Under the pieces are notes generated by a model. That model saw nothing but the letters and a program-made list of their open reading frames with translations, was not told the DNA's origin and made no database searches. 64,000 nucleotides of DNA from Eledone cirrhosa (Eukaryota): assembly GCA_964016885.1 (NCBI GenBank), contig OZ024743.1:7254001-7318000 (forward strand), in the 5' to 3' direction. Each line of letters begins with the position of its first letter. Positions within the stretch are counted from its first letter, which is position 1. Position numbers and translations under genes: made by a program. This document shows, piece by piece, positions 52,801 to 61,800 of the stretch.

Positions 52801-55800
52801 GAGAAATGGGGAGAACGGAAGAGACGGAAGCGGTGATACTTATGTATATGTTTCACAGATACACACTCAAACTAATACCACTCACAGGTTAATTGTGAAG
52901 TTTACTATTTGTTTAATTCTTAATGACTTGTACAACACAAATTTGTTTATATTTCAAAGTTTTGTACTGCATGAAACTGCACCAATGAGACATTCTTGAA
53001 ACAGTACTGACTTTATAACATTAAAAATAAAAAGTTTTTAGTTTCCTATAAATTTTCATGATTACCTGTTCACTAGTAATAATACTATAAACATTTGAAC
53101 TGACAAATCTGTTTTTAGATATTCTCTACTAAATGTTATTCTCAGAAATAATGGTCAATCTCAGAAATACTTACTCTGCTTATTTCTAAAGATTTTTCCT
53201 TATTTTTTAGGCAAATTTTTTTGACAGCATAATATCGTCCATCTAGTTTATTGAATGCCTGAGAAGAAAATAGTTAGGAATTAATTTTAATGCAAAAAAA
53301 AAAAAAATTGATTGTAAATCTCTTTCTCATTTTAACACACAACATACATCAAAGAGTAATGTTCTGGTGACGTCAATATCCTTTACATTAATTTCTGCTA
53401 ATGTGAATTAACTGTAAATGTGGTTGGTGTTAGGAAGGGCATCCAGTCGTAGAAAACCTGCCAGATAGTCCTATTTGAGCGAGACACGGTCACCAGACCA
53501 ACCTTGCCTCAAATTGGGACAACTCCCGTCTAACCCATGCTAGCGTGGAAGATGGACGTTAAACGATGATGATGATGATGATGATGATGATACCAAACAA
53601 CCTGTAACTACCCCTGTTTTTATAATCATCATCATCATCGTTTATAATATAAAACTTTATTAAAAAATATTTTTATATATCTAAAAATCTTTCATGATAA
53701 TTTTATATAAGAATCTTTGATAAATCATGTTCCAAGCTTAATAATGAGAAAGTTATATTACTAAATCCCTCAAATTCTTGATTATTTTCAAAATTATCTG
53801 AAAGTCGAAGGCAGTGTCTTTCAGTAGAAATATGGTCATGAAAGGGTTAAACAACTTTGCAAAATATTTCTTGAGTTAAATTTGTTCTTTAACCCTTTAG
53901 CATTTAAATTGGTCATATCCGACATTAAGATATTGTTGTCAAAATCTCATAGATTCAATATTATGTGAAAATATAACAGTAAATATAGAATAATTGTTTC
54001 TATTTTTGGCACAAGGCCAGCAATTACCCAGTGCATTATTGGTACTTTATTTTATCGACCCCGTAAGGATGAAAGGCAAAGTTAACCTCGGCAGGATTTG
54101 AACTCAGAATGGTAAGGGCCGTACTTCTATGCGTCAAATCATGGTGTCCGACCCTCTACTGATACTGCCCATATAGTAAATATAGAATAATGTAAATGCT
54201 AAAGGGTTAAATACCAACTACTTTACTTTTAAAAAGAATCAAAATTTTGAAAACTACAAAACTGTTATTTGTAGTCTTTATTATCTAACAGAATCAGAGA
54301 TATGACCTTGTTAAAAACAACAACATCTAATTAAATATAACGAAACTCCTACAGTCACGTGACTTACTAGAAAAGGCAGCCAAATCTCTCTCACATCACA
54401 CTTGGTATTTAAAAAGGAAGGATAGATTTGATTTGATACTGTAGTTTCAGGATGGCCAAGACTGGAATGCCTTTGATTATAGGTTTTCTCAAACAGGATG
54501 ACAGGGCTAAATAACAACACTTAGAATGGAACAGAATGAATCTCTATTGGTTTCGACAATGAGTACATCAACTGTACAGCTTGCTCATGACATTAACATG
54601 CAAGTGGCTGAGCATTCCACAGACACGTGTACAAAACTTCCATTCTTCCTGAAATTCGCCAACACTACACCTGATATTCCCCCTCCATACACACGCACAC
54701 ATGTATCTGTGTGTATATCATGACTCATACGCTGTTCACTTTCCTGACATTTGTACATTGTTCTATGTACTATACATGCATCTTTGATGAGTTGTAATGC
54801 ACCTGAGCACTGTACACAATAATTATTGAAGGTGCATGGCTTAGTGGTTAGGGCATTGGGCTTTCAATCGAAAGGTTGTGAGTTCAATTCTCGGACAGGG
54901 AGATGTGTTGTTTCCTTGAGCAAGGCACTTTATTTCACATTGTTCCAGTTTACTCAGTTGTAGAAATGAGATGATAGGACTGGGGTCCCTATCATTCCAC
55001 TGCAAAGTGGACGTGTAGACGCCATGGAAAAAAAGCACCCATCCCACACTGTAAATGAGGTTGGTGTTAGGAAGCTGTAGAAATCGAGCCAGAATCAGTT
55101 CCCGTATGAGCAAGACAAGGTCAGCCGACCAGACACTGCCCACAACAGGACAACCCGTCTAACTCATGCTAGCGTGAAAGAACAGGCGTAAAACGGTGAT
55201 GATGATGATTATTATTATTATTATTATTAAATGTCTTCTTGTGTTCCTTGTAGTGAGATTTACTATACCATATCTCTAGATGTATTGTTTCATTATTTAG
55301 TTGTGTTTTCTATAACAATCCATGGAGATTTCTACAATATCCCATCAAAATATTGTTATACTGACAGCTAATAACTCTTCTTAATTATGAATGTCACAGT
55401 AATTATCAACCTTGCTGAGAGCCAACAAGGGAACCCCAAGGTAGTCACTTGACCTACTAGAAATAGCAGTAAAAAAAACATCCATCAAATTACACTTTAC
55501 CATTTTGAAAAAGAGTGCCACATTGCATAGGGTAGTCAGAGGTTCTCAAACTTTTGGCCGCCTCCCTCAAGGCCATGTAACACCCTCAGTGCCTCCAACC
55601 CTATTTCCAGAGAGACCTCTCTACATGTAAATTGTAAATAATCTATATATATAAAGTTGTAGTTCCAGTCTGTTTGTTTGTTCATGAACTCCTATGGTTT
55701 TGGAGATAGACCCCCATAACCATATATATTCTGAAACAACATTGGCCAGTGTACTTGGATAAGTATATTTCATTTTAATCAAAGGGTTCCCTGGGGGTAC

Positions 55801-58800
55801 AAACCTCCTGCTGAAAATGTTTTCCCTTCGATTTATATGAAATTTAAACCATAGGTAAATGACAAGATATGATGCCTATTCACAAAATTTCAATAATATT
55901 AAGACACCCTAATGGGGGTTAAACCCCCTATAGTGAAAATTTTGGAAGCCCATAACTTGAGTATTGGAACCTCTATTATCACGGGGTTTTTCTATTAATT
56001 ATACGTAAATCAACAAAAAAGCACCACTCTTTTATAGTAAAATTTAGCTAATTTAGACGTTTTATCTATGGCAAAACATAACTAGAATTATGACAACAAA
56101 AATTATCAGTTAATGCCTCTACTTTTTTAACATTTTCCATTTTGTTTTTCTCCATAAATTATATCACTGATTTAAAATCAATCATCATTTTCCTACAAAA
56201 AAAATGTGTGAAACGCAGCAAGGCGCGAGTAATTTGGCTAGTATATAAATAAAATTGTTAATTTATATATAATAAATAATATAATATATACTATGTATAA
56301 ATAAATATTATATATTTTTTATTTTACTATATTTATATATAATATATATCATTTGATATTTGATATACTATTATATCATCTCTACCACACCCACTGTCCC
56401 TTAGGCTCCAGTGCCTGCCTGGACCTTCTTAACGCCCCACAGGGGGGGGGGGGGGGTAGCACCCACTTTGAGAACCTCTGGTGTAGTCTAACAATAACAA
56501 TAGTAGCAGTAGAACTTGGAATAAGTATATTTAGTGTCAACTGAGGAGGCACAAAATGTATCTACTAATATAAACACCATAAAAGAAAGTTTATTTTTTT
56601 TTATGCGAAATATTTTCTTGAAATTACCTTACGCACTGAGCCAAATCCACCATTTCCAAGTTGACCAGTGTCGTCAAATTCAAGTTTATAGCGCTCACTG
56701 AAAAAAAAGTAAATATAGTAAAAATAGAAAATAGTTTATATATAATAATAATAATAAAATTATTGTGTACAGTGCTCAGGTGCACTACAACTCATCAAAG
56801 GTGCATGTATAGTACATAGAATAATGTACAAATGTCAGGAAAATGAACAGTGTATGAGTCATGATATAATAATAATAACAATAATGAAATATTGTGTACA
56901 GTGCCCTGGTGCACCACAACTCATCAAAAAAGTGCATGTACAGTACATAGGGCAATGCACAAACATCAGTAAAATGAACAGTGCACGAGTCATGATACAC
57001 ACATGTGTGCATGTGTATGGAAGGGGTACATCAGGTGTAGTTTTGGCGTATTTCGGGAAGCATGAGTGTCTTAAAGGATGCAGTGTCTCGGCAGCTAACA
57101 ACTGACGCAGGCAGTTTGTTCCATGCTTCAGCAACTCTGAGCGTGAAAAAATGTCTACGAAAGTCATGGGAGCTGTGCTGTTTTCTGATCTTGTAGGCAT
57201 GTCCACGTGTGTTAGACACATGGAGATCAAAGAGGCGCTCAGGGTTGCAATTGGCGAGATGGTTAAAAACTTTGTGGGTATTCACCAAGTCCATTGCCAG
57301 ACGTCGGAGCTTCAATGAATCCATGCCCAGGGAAGCAAGGCGTTCAGAGTATGGTAGGTGTCTGATGGAGGGTATGCGCTTGGTTGCACGTCTCTGAACA
57401 GTTTCCAGGAGGTCAATGTTCTGAGCAAGATAGGGGTTCCAGACTGATAATGCGAATTCCAAGTGTGGTCGTACCATAGCTGTATACAGCTTTAAATAGA
57501 TGGCTGGAGAGCGGCTAACAAAGTGGAAAAGGCATCCAATGTGTTTAAAGTGCAAATGGAACTTTAATTTATTTGGCAGTGTTTGTAGGAGCCAATGAAA
57601 GCAGATTAAATTTTGAGTTTAGAAGAAAGGAAGAGCATTAGGATGGGCAATGAGAAATAAAGATAGAGAAAACTTTTTCAGTTTTTCTAGGGTCAAAATT
57701 TTAGTTAATAACAGAGCAAACAGTTGTTGATATAAAAAATTAATAGTAATACAAAAGTAGAAATAAGATTGTTTTAAAAAGGATTTAACTTACTATTTCT
57801 GGATATTTTGAGGATAAGTAGTTAATGGATTCTGCAAAAAAGAGATTATTATTTATTACTTAAGGGCGGTGGATTGGTAGTATCGGTAGAGGGTCGGACG
57901 CCATACTTTCCAGCATAGTTACGTTCCTTTACGATCTGAGTTCAAATCCCGCCGAGGTTGACTTTGCCTTTCATCCTTACGGGGTCGATAAAATAAAGTA
58001 CCAGTAATGCACTGAGTAATTGCTGGCCTTGTGCCTAAAGTAGAAACAATTATTTATTACTTAAGCTTTAAAACTGTAACTCTAGATTTAACTCCATACA
58101 ATAATAATTGTTTCTACTTTCGGCACAAGGCAAGCAATTACCCAGTACATTACTGGTACTTTATTTTATCGACCTCGTAAGGATGAAAGGCAAAGTTAAC
58201 CTCGGCGGGATTTGAACTCAGATCGTAAAGGGACGTAACTATGCTGGAAAGCATATCCAACCCTCTACCAATTCTGCCAATCCACCAATGGATATTACAC
58301 TCATGTACCAATTAAGAACCTATGTGAGTCATATTACAAATATTACTTAAAAGTATAATCATTGGAGCTTTAGAATTGGTCTGTTATGTTTGGTGGGATA
58401 ACAAATTTCAGGCATAGCAAAATTCTGCAGGAATTTAAAACATGTCACATCATTTAAGTTCACATAATGTTTCTACCATTTGTCAACCATAAGAGAAGTT
58501 CTATGAATCCTAAATATACACAACTTCCCAAATAAGCGACGGTGACTTCATAATCATTGCAGGTGACCTTAATGGGTATGTTGGGCAATTCTGTGATGGT
58601 TTTAAAGGTATCCACAGAGGTTATAGTCGGTGCTAGAAATGAGGAAGGTTCTAGGCTTCTGGAATTCTGTATTGCCAATGATCTTTCTATCTGTAACACA
58701 AACTTCATAAAACCAGACAATCACTTGATCACCTACAGATCAGGTGAGCATGCCAGCCAGGAATGCCTTGCTTCCCTGGGCATGGATACATTGAAGCTCA

Positions 58801-61800
58801 AACAGCTCGCAACTGACTTGGAAAACACCCACAAAACTATTAACCATCTTGTCAACAACAACCCTGAGCACCTTTTTGATCTCCATGTGTCTAACACACG
58901 TGGGCATGCCTACAAAGTCAGAAAACAGCACAGCTCCCATGACTTTCTGAAATATTTTTTCATGCTCAGAGTTGCTGAAGCATGGAACAAACTACCTGCG
59001 TCAGTTGTTGGCTGTCGAGACACTGCATCCTTTAAAACCTCCATGCTTCCTGAGATTCGCCAACACTACACCTGATATCCCCCCCTCCATACACATACAC
59101 ACATGTATATCATGACTCATACACTGTTCACTTCCCTGACATTTGTACATTATTCTATGTGCTAATCCCGCAAAGTTAACCTCGGCGGTTCACGGTCTGA
59201 GTTCAAATCCCGCTGAGGTTAACTTTGCCTTTCATCCTTACGGGGTCGATAAAATAAAGTACCAGTAATGTACTAGGATAATTGCTGACCTTGTGCCAAA
59301 AGTAGAAACAATTATTCTATGTGCTATGCATGCACCTTTGATGAGTTGTAGTACACCTGAGCACTGTACACAATAATTTCATTATTATTATTATAGACTT
59401 TATCCTCACCAAAAGATGAGATAGAGTGGCAGTTGTAAACACAAAGTCCCTCCCTGGTGAAGAATGCACCTCCCAACATAACCTAGTAGTTAGGACAACC
59501 TGGAGGAGAAGAATATGGAAGTTAAAGGACCCCGCAGCCATTAATAAATTTAGAGGTAGGTTGTTTGATGCTTTTTGGCAGTAAGGAAGAGAAAATAGAC
59601 ACACAATATAGAGGAGCAGTGGGAATTCTGAAAGATTACCTACTGAAGGTGACAAACGAAATCTGAGGCTGGAGTAGGTCTCTAGAGAGAAGAAGAGTGA
59701 CTTGGTGCTGATACAAGGTGGAAGAAAAAATTAAGACAAAAAGACAGGCATGGAAGGAATGGCAGAATGGGCGAAGTAGAAGGCACTACCAGGATGCTAG
59801 GAGAGAAGATAGGTGACAGGTATACTTTGCAAGAAGGGAAACAGAAAATAAGAAATTTAAACATGCTTTGCAATGCAAGGACTAAAGGCATGATGTATTC
59901 AGGATTGTGATGTGGTGTGTCAGGGAAAATTGTGATGTTGATGGAGAGAAGAATGTCTGAAATGGTGTACTTGCACTCACTGACGCTGAAAAAAAAGGTA
60001 GCATGGCCACTATGAAAGATTACTGAATGAGGAGAAAGCATGGGAAGAATAGTTTTCCTCAAGTAAACCCAACAGAGGCACTGGCTGTACAAGCCAGTAG
60101 TAGTATGGTAAGTAAGGCAATCAAGGATATGAAGACAGGCAAGGAAGCTGGGATGGTGGGTCACATTTTAACCACCAATATTGTAAACCAAGTAATACAA
60201 AATGATGTCATACCCAATGATTGGCATACCATCATCATTGTCAACTGCTACAAGAGCAAAGGAGATGCTCTAGATAGAGAAAACTATAGAGGCATAATTA
60301 TCAGCCACAAAATTTCATTCAGCAGTATAATCATTAACTGCTACAGGAGCAAATGTGATGCTCTAGAAAGAAGCAGCTACAGAGGCATAAAACTAATGGA
60401 TCATGTGATGAAAGCCATATAAAAAATTTAAGCATGGTTGATTAGGAAAAGAATCAGATTAAATGAGATGCACTTTGGATTTGTGCAAAGATGGAATACC
60501 TGACATCCTCCTCTTAGTGAGTCATCTGCAAGAAGTTTCTAGCTGAGAATGTTGATCTGAAGAAAGCCTTTGATAGAGTATCATATTTAGTAGTCTGGTG
60601 GTCTTTAAGAAAATTAAGTGTATATAAATGGCTTGTGAGAGTGATGCAAACTATGTACAGATATACTGTTAGCAAAACGGAAGCAGGAAATGAGTTTATT
60701 GAAGAATTTAGTATGTAGATAAGCATGCATCAAGGCTTAGTTCTCAACCCACTATTATTTATTATAGGTTCTCCAGGTCATAACAAGAGTTTAAGACCTG
60801 CTTTCTTGTATGTTGATGACCTAGTATTTATAACTGGGTTTGTAGAAGATTTGGTGAAGAAATTTAAGTTATGGAAAAAACCCCTAAAATTGAAAGGCTT
60901 TAGCAAGGATTAAAGTCTTAGTAAGTATAAAAGAAGATAGGATCCTTAAGGAAAATGGCCATGTTAAGTATGTGGAAAAGGAGTAGGCAAGATTTCTATA
61001 TGGTGCACTCAATGTAAACTACAGATATACAAAATGTAATGGCATTATAGGCAGGCTCCTGTCTCACCCACCTTCCCCACCCATAACCCTTGGGAAATGA
61101 TCTGTGTAGGTTTAAATTCCACCCTTTTTGATCTCCATGTGTCTAACACATGTGGACATGCCTACAAAGTCAGAAAACAGCACAGCTCCCATGACTTTCG
61201 TAAACATTTTTTCACGCTCAGAGTTGCTGAAGCATGGAACAAACTACCTGCATCAGTTGTTAGCTGCCGAGACACTGCATCCTTTAAAACCCTCATGCTT
61301 CCCGAAATACGCCAAAACTACACCTGATGTACCCCTTCCATACACATGCACACGTGTATATCATGACTCATTTTCCTGACGTTTGTACATTACCCTATGT
61401 ACTATACATACACTTTTTGATGAGTTGTAGTGCACCTGAGCACTGTACACAATATTTCATTATTATTATTATTGTAATAATTCCATTTTCTTTTTGTATT
61501 TTATTTTCCTGAATATAACTTAACTATCTAAGCATACACTTTCATTCAATAGATACACATGAATTCTTTGAAGAATCTCCACCTAGTAATAAGTTAAAAT
61601 ATATAATGAAAATATAGTTGCCACAATGCAGATAACTATGATAATAGTTGATAACTAAATAATAGTTAACTATAAATAATAGTTGAAGAAATTGGGTAAA
61701 ATACTCCTGGAAATGGAAAAAAGTGGACAAGCACACCTCCAGGGAATCAATTGATGCATTTCTTGTATGCTGGGCAAGCAGTTCAATCATTATGCTAAAG

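Noticed and set aside
58557-59075. 172-aa fusion ORF
   Set aside because: Chance in-frame junction of an RTE endonuclease remnant and a CR1 C-terminus.
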